A stretch of 64,000 nt of DNA from an uncultured virus (IMG/VR IMGVR_UViG_3300013306_000014). Its lineage: Duplodnaviria > Heunggongvirae > Uroviricota > Caudoviricetes. The stretch lies in the IMG/VR virus record IMGVR_UViG_3300013306_000014, one strand, 5' to 3'. The notes under the pieces were generated by a model. That model saw only the letters and a list, made by a program, of their open reading frames with translations. It made no database searches and had not been told where the DNA came from. This document shows, one piece after another, positions 48,409 through 59,000 of this stretch (within the stretch, counting starts at the first letter, position 1; every line of letters starts with the position of its first letter). A program made the position numbers and the translations under genes.

Positions 48409-48867
48409 TCAGTTGGCGAATACGGAGGCCGCATCTTCGCTCAGGTAGTTCACGACAGCTTTCAGATCCGAGCCCTTGCGGCCGACACCGAGAGTAACGT
48501 CGGTATTGGAAACGCCGAACTTCTCCCACGGCTTGCCCATGGCGGTGCCGGACTTCTTGCGGTGGTAGCTGGATTCGATCTTGCTGTAGCCGATCTTGGT
48601 CGACAGCGAACCGGACGCCAGGTCTTTGTTCTTGACCATTGCATCGCGCTGAACTTCGCCGTTGGCCAGGGTGTGAGCAGCAGCGTAGGTCAGCAGGCTG
48701 TCCTGAACGGACTTCACGGTGTCGAGGGTGATGCCTTCAGGCAGATGCTTGGCGAATACGTCTTCGGCGCCAGTAGCTTCGGCCACGCCAGTGGTTTCGT
48801 CCAGAACGATGATCGGCTTCAGGTCATCGGCCAGGGCGCGTACGGCTGGGTTCAATTCTTTGCTCAT
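48409..48867 (-). CDS. hypothetical protein, probably highly expressed early
   Basis: 152 aa, strong codon bias, own promoter motif and terminator. Confidence 0.8.
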   Translation of the reverse strand: MSKELNPAVRALADDLKPIIVLDETTGVAEATGAEDVFAKHLPEGITLDTVKSVQDSLLTYAAAHTLANGEVQRDAMVKNKDLASGSLSTKIGYSKIESSYHRKKSGTAMGKPWEKFGVSNTDVTLGVGRKGSDLKAVVNYLSEDAASVFAN

Positions 48868-48983
48868 GTTGCGATTCCTTGTATTACACGGGTTAGGGGT
48901 ATTCGACTTTCGAACACAGGGTTTACTACGAATGTAACTATCTACAGAAACCGAGGCTGTGATTGCAGCTGATTCTCAATGTG

Positions 48984-49007
48984 GTAATGTAGGTTTGTGT
49001 TTGATTT
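48984..49007 (-). promoter_or_regulatory. putative early promoter
   Basis: AAA-N13-TACATTAC. Confidence 0.65.
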
Positions 49008-49011
49008 AAAT

Positions 49012-49060
49012 ACAAAAAAAAGAAATCATCAGATCGGCCGTCGGCCGACCGATCTGATGA
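49012..49060 (-). terminator. intrinsic terminator
   Basis: TCATCAGATCGG/CCGATCTGATGA stem plus TTTCTTTTTTTTGT. Confidence 0.8.
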
Positions 49061-49066
49061 CTGAGG

Positions 49067-49324
49067 TTACGCTGCCGGTTTGGCAGTCGCATCCGCAGCA
49101 GGGCGAGCATCGACGTTGACAGTTACGTCAGCGTGCGGCTCTTTCTTCTTTTCGCCGAACATCTTGGTGGCGAGCTTGTAACCACCGACCACTGCAACAG
49201 TGGCTACGACAGTACCAGCAACAACTGCGCCGACCGGGTGAGCGGTAGCCAGGTCCTTCAGACGTTGTACGTAAGAAACATTCTTTGCAACTTCAGCAGC
49301 AACGTTGATCATTTCAGCAGACAT
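49067..49324 (-). CDS. small single-pass membrane protein
   Basis: VGAVVAGTVVATVAVVGGY; SD GGAG. Confidence 0.75.
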   Translation of the reverse strand: MSAEMINVAAEVAKNVSYVQRLKDLATAHPVGAVVAGTVVATVAVVGGYKLATKMFGEKKKEPHADVTVNVDARPAADATAKPAA

Positions 49325-49399
49325 GGTGTATCTCCAAATAACAAATTGTTTCGAAAGGTTAGGTGTATTGCGAGTTTACAATGTGCAGCTATAAATCTT

Positions 49400-49846
49400 T
49401 TAGTTCAGATCTGCTGGTTTGCCTTCCATGATATCCATGAAACCTTTGCCGGCAGCTTTGGTCACGACTGCTTTCAGCATGTGACCGATGTTGCGGTTGT
49501 AGCCTTCGGCAGAACCGATGGCAGTCCAGAGCGATTCTTCAGAAGTATTGCCATCGCGGAACAGGCCGGAGATAGCGGTTGGAACGTTGCGGCAGATCAC
49601 ACCACCTTCGCCAGCGGTGTAGCGTTCGAAGAACACTGCGTTGCCGACAGGAGTTACCACGCCGATGATCTTGCGATTGTTTGGCATCGGAGTAACCAGT
49701 TTGAAACGTTCACCGACTTCCAACCCGGTTTCGAAATCAACCAGTGCGTTGAAGTAACCAGTACCGTTATGGAATTCCTCGCTGAAAGGAACTTCATTAG
49801 TGATCTTGTTGTAAGCCAGAGTGAAAGTTTCGTGTGCAGTAGTCAT
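49400..49846 (-). CDS. hypothetical protein
   Basis: 148 aa, SD GAGGAGG. Confidence 0.8.
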   Translation of the reverse strand: MTTAHETFTLAYNKITNEVPFSEEFHNGTGYFNALVDFETGLEVGERFKLVTPMPNNRKIIGVVTPVGNAVFFERYTAGEGGVICRNVPTAISGLFRDGNTSEESLWTAIGSAEGYNRNIGHMLKAVVTKAAGKGFMDIMEGKPADLN

Positions 49847-49945
49847 GTGACCTCCTCGGTCGTTTGGTTATATCCAGGATGGATATTGTTGTGTAGATTC
49901 AAGTTAACTATGTGTGACTGTAATTAATTTGAATGCGATTTAAAC

Positions 49946-49988
49946 GGCATAAACCTCCCTACAGATGTTTTGGCATCTGTAGGGAGGG
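49946..49988 (-). terminator. hairpin plus TTTATGCC after the head genes
   Basis: CCTCCCTACAGATG/CATCTGTAGGGAGG 14-bp stem. Confidence 0.85.
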
Positions 49989-49994
49989 ATTACG

Positions 49995-51407
49995 TCACGT
50001 CGACCGGTTGCAGGCTGCTGTAATGATCGCAGCGGCCAGCGTGGTCGTGTAGTACGCTTGTTCATACGTCTGGCTAGCCAGACGCACCAAACGGTCCAGA
50101 CTCGTTTCAAGAGCCAGGGTTACTTCCACCAACTGCTTCTTCTGATCAGAACTCATCCCGTCGGTGTTCTTGCGAGCAGCCTTCAGGTTTGCACGGATCA
50201 GATCAGCATCAACGCTGTAGTTGGTGTAACGGGTGTAGCCCAGCACCATCTCAACGACTTTCTTCATGTCGCTGGCAGATGCTTGAGAACGACTGTTGCT
50301 TTCGTCCTCAGATCGGTTGAATGAGTCAACAGCACCCTTGAGACCCATCCCTACCTTCAGCAGCGGAGTGGCAGCGTAAGCGGCCCCAACGATCACTGGA
50401 GCACCGATAGCCAAGCCACCGAGGGCAATGATCGTACCCCACGCCCAACCGTTCACAGCGCCGAACAGGCCGCCCAGTGCAGCCCAACCAACGGACTTAC
50501 CTTTAATCCGGATGCCGCTAGTACGAGTGTACTTAGGGACAAGCAGGTGAGGGTAAGGACCTTCGGTCTCTGAGGATTCGATAGTGCAGTTACCCATGAG
50601 GTAACCTTCTTCCGTACCCAAGTTGGATGCAGCGGTGAATGGGCGCGCGTTGGTCAGACCGTTCAGCGCAGCCAGTGCGCCTGGACCACGAAGGTTGTTG
50701 GACATGGTGCCCATTGCCTTAATAGCCGATTCGATCTGGTCGTGAGCGTTGGACAGGTACTTCGCTTCGGAGCCGATAGCCGCAGCCAGGTCAGTGACCT
50801 GACGGTTGTTCCGAGTCATGAACCGGGCAAAGCCTTGGTTACGAATCTTCACAGGACGTTCGGACAACTTGTCGATGTTCTTCTGAAGACGCTTGGCAGC
50901 TTGATCGAGTTGATCGTGAGCTTTGTTAAGCTTACTTTCATCCCGACGCAGGAAACTCAGGAGCGCACCTTCTTCGGTGTAGTCCCTGAGATAATCCACA
51001 TGCTCCATAGCGATCTGGCTAACACGACGAGCATCGCGAGCAAGGCCTTCAATTCGCGCAGCATCACTACCAGCCGCTTCGAAACTCGAAGCAGTGTAAG
51101 GCAGCTTAGCCGAACGCATGATGGCACGGAACTCACGACTCATCGATTCAGTGGAGAGGAAGGCTACTTCAGTACTGATCTCGCCATTCTGCTCAGCACG
51201 CGCCACGGCATCAGCGTGATCTGCCAACTCATTGAGCTGGGATGACAGATCCTGAGTTTCTTCGATACGCTCGAAGTGATCAGTAACGCTAGGTGCCGCA
51301 GCGGTGTCTTCCACCAATACGCCAGAGATGCTGTCTTCAGGACCATCACTGGATTCAGCTACTACTACGCTGGATTCAGTTGAGATGAGATCCATGAATT
51401 CACGCAT
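49995..51407 (-). CDS. internal head (ejection) protein paralog with cleavable propeptide
   Basis: Acidic N-terminus with S/A-x-E sites (STES, SFEA); similar to the neighbouring gene; hydrophobic Gly-rich segment. Confidence 0.7.
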   Translation of the reverse strand: MREFMDLISTESSVVVAESSDGPEDSISGVLVEDTAAAPSVTDHFERIEETQDLSSQLNELADHADAVARAEQNGEISTEVAFLSTESMSREFRAIMRSAKLPYTASSFEAAGSDAARIEGLARDARRVSQIAMEHVDYLRDYTEEGALLSFLRRDESKLNKAHDQLDQAAKRLQKNIDKLSERPVKIRNQGFARFMTRNNRQVTDLAAAIGSEAKYLSNAHDQIESAIKAMGTMSNNLRGPGALAALNGLTNARPFTAASNLGTEEGYLMGNCTIESSETEGPYPHLLVPKYTRTSGIRIKGKSVGWAALGGLFGAVNGWAWGTIIALGGLAIGAPVIVGAAYAATPLLKVGMGLKGAVDSFNRSEDESNSRSQASASDMKKVVEMVLGYTRYTNYSVDADLIRANLKAARKNTDGMSSDQKKQLVEVTLALETSLDRLVRLASQTYEQAYYTTTLAAAIITAACNRST

Positions 51408-51416
51408 GACTGCCCC

Positions 51417-52781
51417 TTATTCGTCGCCGGCTTGATGGCCAGCTTGTTTGGCCACTGCGGTAACGACAGCTGCCATGGTGGTGATGTCGTAGAACGCTTG
51501 TTCGTAAGCGCAATCGGCGATGATCACCAGACGGGAGATAGCGTCTTCCAGAGCGCCGATGGCTTTCTTGGTAGCTGCCTTATCTTCGGCCGACAGTTCG
51601 CCCATCGAAGCGCGAGCTTCTTTGAGTGCCTTGTCGATCGCGTCGGTGTCGACCTTGTAGTCGGTGATCTTGTTGAAGCCCTTCACGGTGTTGATAGCGC
51701 TGACCAGATCGGCAGCAGAAGCAGCCGACTTAGCACCGCTGGCATCACGGTTGGTGTTCTTACCAACCTGGTTACCGATAGCCGCACCAACTGCTGCGCC
51801 GACGATGGTGCCGACGAAGAAACCGATGGCAGCGCCGATAGCGATCTGCTTACCACGGCCTTTGGCGTCAGCTTTGCTGGTATCACGAACACGTTTCAGT
51901 TTAGGAACGCCGTGTACGGCAGCGCCATCGACCAGGAACGCATGGTTACCCATCAGGGCAGGACCCTTGGTGGCGCAGCCGCTCAGGTCACCCAGGAAGT
52001 TACCGCCCAGGATCTTCGATACGGCCGAGCCCTTGGTAGCACCGCTAGCCTTCAGGCCGTTAGCCAGGGAAGCGATGGTGGTCATGGACTTGGTCACTGC
52101 GTCATGGCAGTGGGACAGATGCGCAGCATCTTTCTCGACGCCCTGCTTCAGGTTCAGGACAGGAGAGTCGCCTTGGGTCAGGAACCCAGCGATGCCGTCG
52201 TGAGTGATGATGACCGGGTGGTCTTTCAGGGATTGCAGGCTGCCCGACAGGGAAGCTTCGGCAGCGCCCAGGGCGTTGATGCCTTTGGCGATCTTGCTTT
52301 CATCGCGGTTCAGGAAACGCGAGATGGCGCCTTCGTTGGACAGGTCCAACAGGTTGGCACGGTGACCTTCAGCGATACGCTGTACGCGACGGGCGTCGGC
52401 GGCCAGATCACGCAGGCGGTTGCCGGATTCGTTGGCTTCGAAGCTGGACGCTACGAAAGGCAGACGATTGGCGCGCATGATGGTGCGGAATTCGCGAGCT
52501 GCGGATTCGTTGGACACCGCGATGACTTCTTCGGAAGGAGGGTTTTCTTCCTGAGCGTCGGCCAGAGCTTCGGTACGATCAGCCAGTTCTTCCAGCTGTT
52601 CGGCGATGTCCTTGGTTTCTTCAACCTGTTCCATGTGAGTGGACAGGGTGTCATCACCAACGGCCGCTTCGTCGACCAACACTTCGGTCAGAGCTTCTTC
52701 AGCAGTCTGGGTAGCCAGTTCAGGTTCTGGCGCGACTTCGCCGGATTCAACGGCGTATTGAAGCAGATGTTCTTTGCTCAT
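51417..52781 (-). CDS. internal head (ejection) protein paralog with cleavable propeptide
   Basis: AVES, SNES, SFEA, SNEG sites; shares REFR.IMR..LP..ASSFEA and YEQA.Y blocks with 49995..51407. Confidence 0.7.
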   Translation of the reverse strand: MSKEHLLQYAVESGEVAPEPELATQTAEEALTEVLVDEAAVGDDTLSTHMEQVEETKDIAEQLEELADRTEALADAQEENPPSEEVIAVSNESAAREFRTIMRANRLPFVASSFEANESGNRLRDLAADARRVQRIAEGHRANLLDLSNEGAISRFLNRDESKIAKGINALGAAEASLSGSLQSLKDHPVIITHDGIAGFLTQGDSPVLNLKQGVEKDAAHLSHCHDAVTKSMTTIASLANGLKASGATKGSAVSKILGGNFLGDLSGCATKGPALMGNHAFLVDGAAVHGVPKLKRVRDTSKADAKGRGKQIAIGAAIGFFVGTIVGAAVGAAIGNQVGKNTNRDASGAKSAASAADLVSAINTVKGFNKITDYKVDTDAIDKALKEARASMGELSAEDKAATKKAIGALEDAISRLVIIADCAYEQAFYDITTMAAVVTAVAKQAGHQAGDE

Positions 52782-52808
52782 GGATACAATCCTAGTTGTG
52801 TTGGCTAA

Positions 52809-53615
52809 TTACCAGCCGAGGGAGGTAGGGACGAAGATTTGAGACTTGGTCTTCTCATAGAGAGAACCGAGGATCTCTACCGCTGGAGCAACGCTTTCGA
52901 AGCTCTCTTCGGAGTTGTTCTGACGCGTGTGGTCGAAACCATTGCGCAGACGCTCAAGGTTGAACTCAGCCTCGTCGAGTTGACGAGTCACGCTCTTCGA
53001 CTCCATGCTCGGAGTGTTGTACTTTGTGGTCAGGGCAATGCCCGGATCAAACACGAAGTCCCAAGTGATGATCTTGGTCATGTGCTTGGTCATGTTGCCG
53101 AAGTTCTTCTTCGCAAAGCAACGGATGGAGAAGTTTACGTCTTCATCCGGATTGTCCAGCATGTCGCCAAACGCCTTGGCTTCCTTACCAGAAGGCTTGA
53201 CCTCGCCGATCAGGGCGATGACCTTACGACCACGTTCGTCAACCACGGTGTCCAACGAAGGACGAACGCGGCGAATGTGGCAGCACATGTTGGCTTCAAC
53301 GATCGTACAGATACGAACGAACCAATCTTGGTCGCTCATGCCTGGCGGACGAACTGGGTGACCCCACTCGCCACGGATACGACCAGCCTGCATCATGCGC
53401 AGGAACTCTTGGTCGTTCTCCAGATAACGCATTGCAGAGGCGGTGTCATAAAGCCAGCCGCCGTTACCGAAGGCACCGAATGCCCCCAGCAGGATTTCTT
53501 TATAGCCGTTACCTACATCCTTCAGAACGCCCTTCTTGCCGCTATTCGCCAAAGCGATGCTGCTGTAGGAGCTGACCTGACTGGAGTTCGGCAATTGAAT
53601 GGAAGGCATGCCCAT
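52809..53615 (-). CDS. prohead protease (phiKZ gp175-like)
   Basis: GEWGHP, FSIR, ITWDFVFDPG motifs. Confidence 0.88.
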   Translation of the reverse strand: MGMPSIQLPNSSQVSSYSSIALANSGKKGVLKDVGNGYKEILLGAFGAFGNGGWLYDTASAMRYLENDQEFLRMMQAGRIRGEWGHPVRPPGMSDQDWFVRICTIVEANMCCHIRRVRPSLDTVVDERGRKVIALIGEVKPSGKEAKAFGDMLDNPDEDVNFSIRCFAKKNFGNMTKHMTKIITWDFVFDPGIALTTKYNTPSMESKSVTRQLDEAEFNLERLRNGFDHTRQNNSEESFESVAPAVEILGSLYEKTKSQIFVPTSLGW

Positions 53616-53626
53616 GATTCTATTCC

Positions 53627-54349
53627 TTATCGACGCAATACCGTCTCGAACCGTTCATTACGATCGGATGGATTCGCCAACGTACTGGTCATACCTGGGT
53701 CGAAATAAGAGCCGCCCAGACGGGCCGTCATGTTGGTTGAGCCAATACTCACGTTACGAAGAGCCACAAAGTACGGTGACTTAGTTGCCAGCAGAGCTTT
53801 GGCGTTCGGAACTTGCCGCCAGTATCTGGTTGGGTTATCCGGGTCACGGCACAGTTGCGCTGCGATGTATTCCCAAATAGCAAGGTCCGCGCCTAAACGC
53901 ACACCATTGTATTTAAGGGATTCGCGGAAGATGAACGGGATGTCGGTGTAATCGTAATACCACGGAATACGACCTTTACCGAGAAGCTCGGTATAGATGC
54001 GGTGAGGCAAGTTATCTACCACGACCGGTTCCGTAGACGCGATGACCTTTGAACCTTTGTTGTAGCTGAGCTCGATATACCCGACGTCATCGATCACGAT
54101 ACGACCCACACGGTCAGGCTCTGTCTTCAACATAGCCGTAACAGTGGATGGAGCGTAATAGTTGTCTTCGGTGATAATGGCCAAACAACCGAGGATGTAC
54201 GAGACATCCTCGATCACAGCCAGACCACGTTCAGCAAACCGTTCAGGGATATGAATCCGCAAAGGTTCCATCGCGATGAATGTGGTGCCTGCCTTCTTGA
54301 GACAAGCATCCACACGGGCCTTCGAGCGTTTATATACCGATGAAAGCAT
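53627..54349 (-). CDS. virion RNAP beta' C-terminal subunit (phiKZ gp176-like)
   Basis: GRIPWY, CRDP, ARLGGSYF segments; synteny. Confidence 0.7.
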   Translation of the reverse strand: MLSSVYKRSKARVDACLKKAGTTFIAMEPLRIHIPERFAERGLAVIEDVSYILGCLAIITEDNYYAPSTVTAMLKTEPDRVGRIVIDDVGYIELSYNKGSKVIASTEPVVVDNLPHRIYTELLGKGRIPWYYDYTDIPFIFRESLKYNGVRLGADLAIWEYIAAQLCRDPDNPTRYWRQVPNAKALLATKSPYFVALRNVSIGSTNMTARLGGSYFDPGMTSTLANPSDRNERFETVLRR

Positions 54350-54368
54350 ACGTCACGCCCCTTGATGA

Positions 54369-55760
54369 TTAAGCAGCTTCAGCCTTCGTAGGAAGCATCA
54401 TGCTGCCAACCCACTCACTCAGGTACTGAATGGTGGCGAGGGTAGCTACTTCTTTCGCCGGCAGACCAGGCTGCTCTTTCTCGACCTTGAACATGATGTC
54501 GATCACACGGGCCGCGTCGGTGTGGGCGTACCAAACCACGCAGATAGCCGCAGTGATGATACCCGACGGTTCGAATTGCAGACCGTTGTGTTCGTACAGA
54601 GCGTCGATGAACTGACGCAGACGACCCCACGCCTTCTCGGCGCTGTCACCTTCGATCACGAACTCGCCCTTCTCTGCGATCATGTTCACGTCTTCACGCA
54701 GAACAGCTTGCAGAGCCTTACGGGTGTGTTCGTGCTTGCTGATGCTGACAGCCTGCTTGCGTGTAGCGTAATCGCGAGCATAGATGTCAGTCAGTTCAGC
54801 AATGATCTCAGGGTTGAGCATCTGCCCACCGATGTACTTACGGCCGATCAGCTCGTTACCGATCACGGCTTCAGAGGTCAGACCTTCGTTCAGAAGGATC
54901 TTGTAAACCTCACCGGTCAGTTCGCTCACGCCCAGCTCTTTAACGAAGTTACCCTTATACAGGGACTTGTTCTTGATCTGGATGTTCAGCTGATCAATCA
55001 GGCTCAGCGCACGCTTGGCAGCGACGTTGGACAGAACGGCGCGAGCATCGTTGTACGCGGTCAGCGAAGACTGCACGCCTTCTTTCGGCGTTTCGATGTT
55101 GCGCAGAACAATAGCCAGTGGCAGAGAGAACTCTACCGGCATATTGGCGATACCTACGCGGCCGCTCAGGACGTCAGCGATTGCGGACAGACCACGACCT
55201 TCTTCGGCGTTCAACAGTTCCTTGAGGGATTCGTTGAAGCCACCTTCGTCGGTAAGCTGCGCCAGGGTTTCGATTTCAGCTGGGGAGTAAGTACCCAGAG
55301 TCAACGCACCCGGCATGCTGGCCATTGGGTTGTTTTCCCAACGCTCAACGAACTGCAAGCCAGGAGCCAGCTTGTAGATCTCAGGCAGGTAGTTGAACTT
55401 CAGCGTGAACGGCAAAGGAACGATGTCCAGGCCTTCCAGACGCGCAGTGAACGATTCCAGTACACGGCGAACGTGAGGGATCACGGTGTTACGGGAGAAG
55501 TCCAGAGTACGGCGAACCGAAGTGGTCACCAGCTCGATACACTCGGACAACAGAGCGGCGTGGGTTTCGCCACGGCTTGCATTCAGCAGTGCAGCACTGA
55601 TTGCATCGTAGCTCGCTTCACCCGGATTGAAACCGATCAGCGGAGCGTCACGGACGATGCTGGCGAGAGGGGTGTCAGCGTGGGCATCCAGCGAGATGCC
55701 TTTTTCAGACAGCATCTGGGAAAGAGGAATAGCTGCGGCAATAGCGCTAGGCTCAAGCAT
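54369..55760 (-). CDS. virion head protein (phiKZ gp177-like)
   Basis: 463 aa; RNTVIP segment; synteny. Confidence 0.65.
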   Translation of the reverse strand: MLEPSAIAAAIPLSQMLSEKGISLDAHADTPLASIVRDAPLIGFNPGEASYDAISAALLNASRGETHAALLSECIELVTTSVRRTLDFSRNTVIPHVRRVLESFTARLEGLDIVPLPFTLKFNYLPEIYKLAPGLQFVERWENNPMASMPGALTLGTYSPAEIETLAQLTDEGGFNESLKELLNAEEGRGLSAIADVLSGRVGIANMPVEFSLPLAIVLRNIETPKEGVQSSLTAYNDARAVLSNVAAKRALSLIDQLNIQIKNKSLYKGNFVKELGVSELTGEVYKILLNEGLTSEAVIGNELIGRKYIGGQMLNPEIIAELTDIYARDYATRKQAVSISKHEHTRKALQAVLREDVNMIAEKGEFVIEGDSAEKAWGRLRQFIDALYEHNGLQFEPSGIITAAICVVWYAHTDAARVIDIMFKVEKEQPGLPAKEVATLATIQYLSEWVGSMMLPTKAEAA

Positions 55761-55944
55761 GGCATTTCTCGCTCAGTACTTTGTTCAGGGAGGCAACGGC
55801 CAGAACTTTGACCGAGGACTGGGTGATCTTCACGCCGTCAACTTCAGCAGCAACGTCGTTGCCGATAACGTTCAGCGCGACATCGCCGATCAATTGGATG
55901 GCGGTTGCCAGAATCGGCAAATTCTTAATTTCGTTGGGAGACAT
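55753..55944 (-). CDS. small hypothetical protein
   Basis: 63 aa, SD GAGGT, coupled to the downstream gene. Confidence 0.65.
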   Translation of the reverse strand: MSPNEIKNLPILATAIQLIGDVALNVIGNDVAAEVDGVKITQSSVKVLAVASLNKVLSEKCHA

Positions 55945-56008
55945 CAGGAAATACCTCGACTATATACATACAGCCACTCCCGGTCTTCCGGGAGTGGTGT
56001 GCTTTTAT

Positions 56009-59000
56009 TTACTCGCCAAAGTAATCGGCGTATGCTTCTTCACCGATAAACCGCAGGACGGTATTGGTCGTTCCGATATCGAACGGACTTGTTACGATCC
56101 GGTCAATAACCGACTTGGCACCGAAGATCGCGTCGATGAACTCACCCTCAAGAGTCCGGTTGCTACCGATGAGGATTTCACCGACTGTAGACTTCATCTG
56201 GTTGGCAATTACCAGCTTATCGCCGATGCCCATTCCCACCGGGGTGGTGATGTAAACCATGATGATTGCCTGACGGTCTTCAAGCGTGTGTCCGTCGATA
56301 CGAACGTTGCGTCCTACGCGAGCAGGAACGTATTCCTTACCCAGACGTTTGGCAGAGCGTTTGCGCTCTTTCTCCGAATCAGCCACGATTTCCATCAGGC
56401 TGTCGGACATCGAGTCGATCTCACCGTTGTAAAAGACCTCGACCTTGGCAACCTCACCCACGGCCTTAGCCTTAGGCGTCATCGCTGCCCAGTTACGGAG
56501 TGTCTCCCGCGTAGCGTCGTCATAAAGCCCGGCAGCAGACGAAACCGCGCCTTCAATCGTGCATAGAATTGTGTCAAGGTCGGTCTTATCACCTACCTTA
56601 ACCAACCCACTAATGCCGTCATGGAAGTCGACTACAATCGTCTTGAGCTTACTAACGTAAGTACCCATACGTTTGGCGAAATCAACAGAGATGGAGCTAC
56701 TGTCTTCTACGGTGTACGTGGCTTCACGAAGTGCGATGCGACCAATGCAACCGTTCATGTAGTCAACGCGACGCTTGTCCAACAGGCTTGGTTTGAAGAA
56801 GCCTTGGTTGTAGGTAATGACGTCGAACTCCTTGACCTTCTCACCAACCTTAAGGGTAGTGGCGATGGTGTTCGGATAGACAGAACCTTCAGCAGTCGTG
56901 TGAACCAATCCAAGCGGATACTTAGCAACCGTACCGTCCTTCATGGTAACGGTGATTGCATCAACGGCGATCTCAGTAACCTCGCCATCTTGCTTCGCGG
57001 TAACAGCAAACTCAGGACTCATCCGAGAAGCGATCACTCGCTCCATGCCGGTGCGAGCGCCTTGAACTTCCGACCCCACAGTCATGATACCGTGACCGTG
57101 CTGTACTTGAATGAAGTTCAGACGTTTAGGGTCATCGCCGTCCGCACCGAAGCTGAGCAAGCCTGCGGTAGAGAACAATGCAGATGCGCCATCCCGTTCT
57201 GCGTCGTACATCCGAACCGTACCACGTACAGAGGTCAGGTTAGAGTTCGGAGACAGATAGGTGATGATTGCCACGTCACCGGAGTCAACCGTACCTTCCG
57301 AGATAAAGCCCATGTCTTCATCAGTAAACAGACGGGTGTTAGCAACCATCGCACTACGGCTACGACCACCACGACCACCGAAGGTGATAACTTCCCGTTC
57401 CCGCAGACTGTGGATCGGGTTGATGTTGTTTACTGGAGATGTGGTTGGGTCTTGCACCAGCGCGTTGATGGTGTCGTTCGGGTTAACCACCACAGATGCC
57501 CGGCCAGTAGCCGAACGAGTAGTGTAAGAACGGATAGCCTTCGAGAGTGTCTCGTAAACCACACCCGCCACACGTTCGTAACCACGAACCCTTTCCAGAC
57601 CTTCTACCAGACGATCCTTATCTTCACGGCGCACACGCACCATGTTGGTTTGGAGCATCTCGGTAGCGCGAACCAGAAGACCAGTAAAGGTCGTAGGTTC
57701 TTTCATCCATTCGAGCAAGTCCTGAGTAATCGGGTCGATGAACAAAGTGTTCAACGCATCCAACTCACGAACATAGCGCGAACCTACACCACTACGCTCA
57801 AGTACAGCAGCGTACACATCCCTGTCGTTAAACAGTTCAATGTCGTAGTTCCGGATGACAGCATGGTAAAGGTTGAAGCCACTGAGCAACATACCCGCCA
57901 TTACGTCGCTGCGCTTGAAGATCAGCGATTCGTTCTTAAAGCGGATTGCGTACTCATCAGCCTGAAGGTTCAGACGCTCGCCAACCAATGCACGTCGTGG
58001 AACGACGTTAAGCACTTTCAGCAGTTCGTCGATACCCAGCAGGTAAGCCAGTGCGAAGCCTACCGGAATGGTCTTCGAGTAGATCTTCATCTCAGCCATG
58101 TACATCGGCGTCGAATCAGGACCAATCTCGATACCGCACAGAGACTCAACCGTACCCAGGTCTTGCAGCTCATTCTTCCAATGAACGTAGATCATGCCGT
58201 TAGGAGCCATGACCAACGGACCCATCTTGGAACGACCGCAGAGAACGTAGCCGCCTTTCTCGAGCGACAGTTCTTCCTTGGTGTAGTTGAACTTCTTGAT
58301 CCGGTGTTTGTAATCGAAGTACAGATCCAGCTTATCAACCGTGAAGCCAGCAATGCTACCGGCGATAGTCGAGTAGACCATCGGTACGTCAGCTTTGAAG
58401 TTGGTTGCATCAGACAATACAGCGTTGCTGATGTGCGGATCATCTGGATCAAGACATTTAACAGTCAGTTGACCCAACAGCCATTTGCCGTAATCGAACT
58501 TCTTACGGTTCGACCGTTCAACGAAGATCTTCGAGTAGTAGCTAGAGAGCGCCACTCGGTTAGGACCTACCTTACGGATCGGCAAGTCGGAACGTTGTTT
58601 CCGCATGCGGTACTCAGTACCGTTATACAGGAACGTGCCATCTTCACGAATAGTCGGAAGCTCGAACTTAACTGTGGAAGGAATACCCACAGCCGGCGCA
58701 AACTTGACGATGTGCATCTCACGATCGTTCACGGCATCGATCTTACGATCAACCACGTAACTCGTAATCGCTACGGCGCCCTTCTGCATCGAAGACACAG
58801 CACGCATGATGTCTTTCTTCAGTACAGACTTGATGTACTTCTGATCAACAGCATCCACACGGCTAAATGCCAACGACTTATCGGTCACCACGGAATCGTT
58901 GGTCAACTCCTTAGGATCGACCAGAACGTCTTCACGAGTGATCTTCATTGCGTCAACGAAGTTACCTTCACCACCGTAGGGGTTAGGGAGTGTCTCGTAG

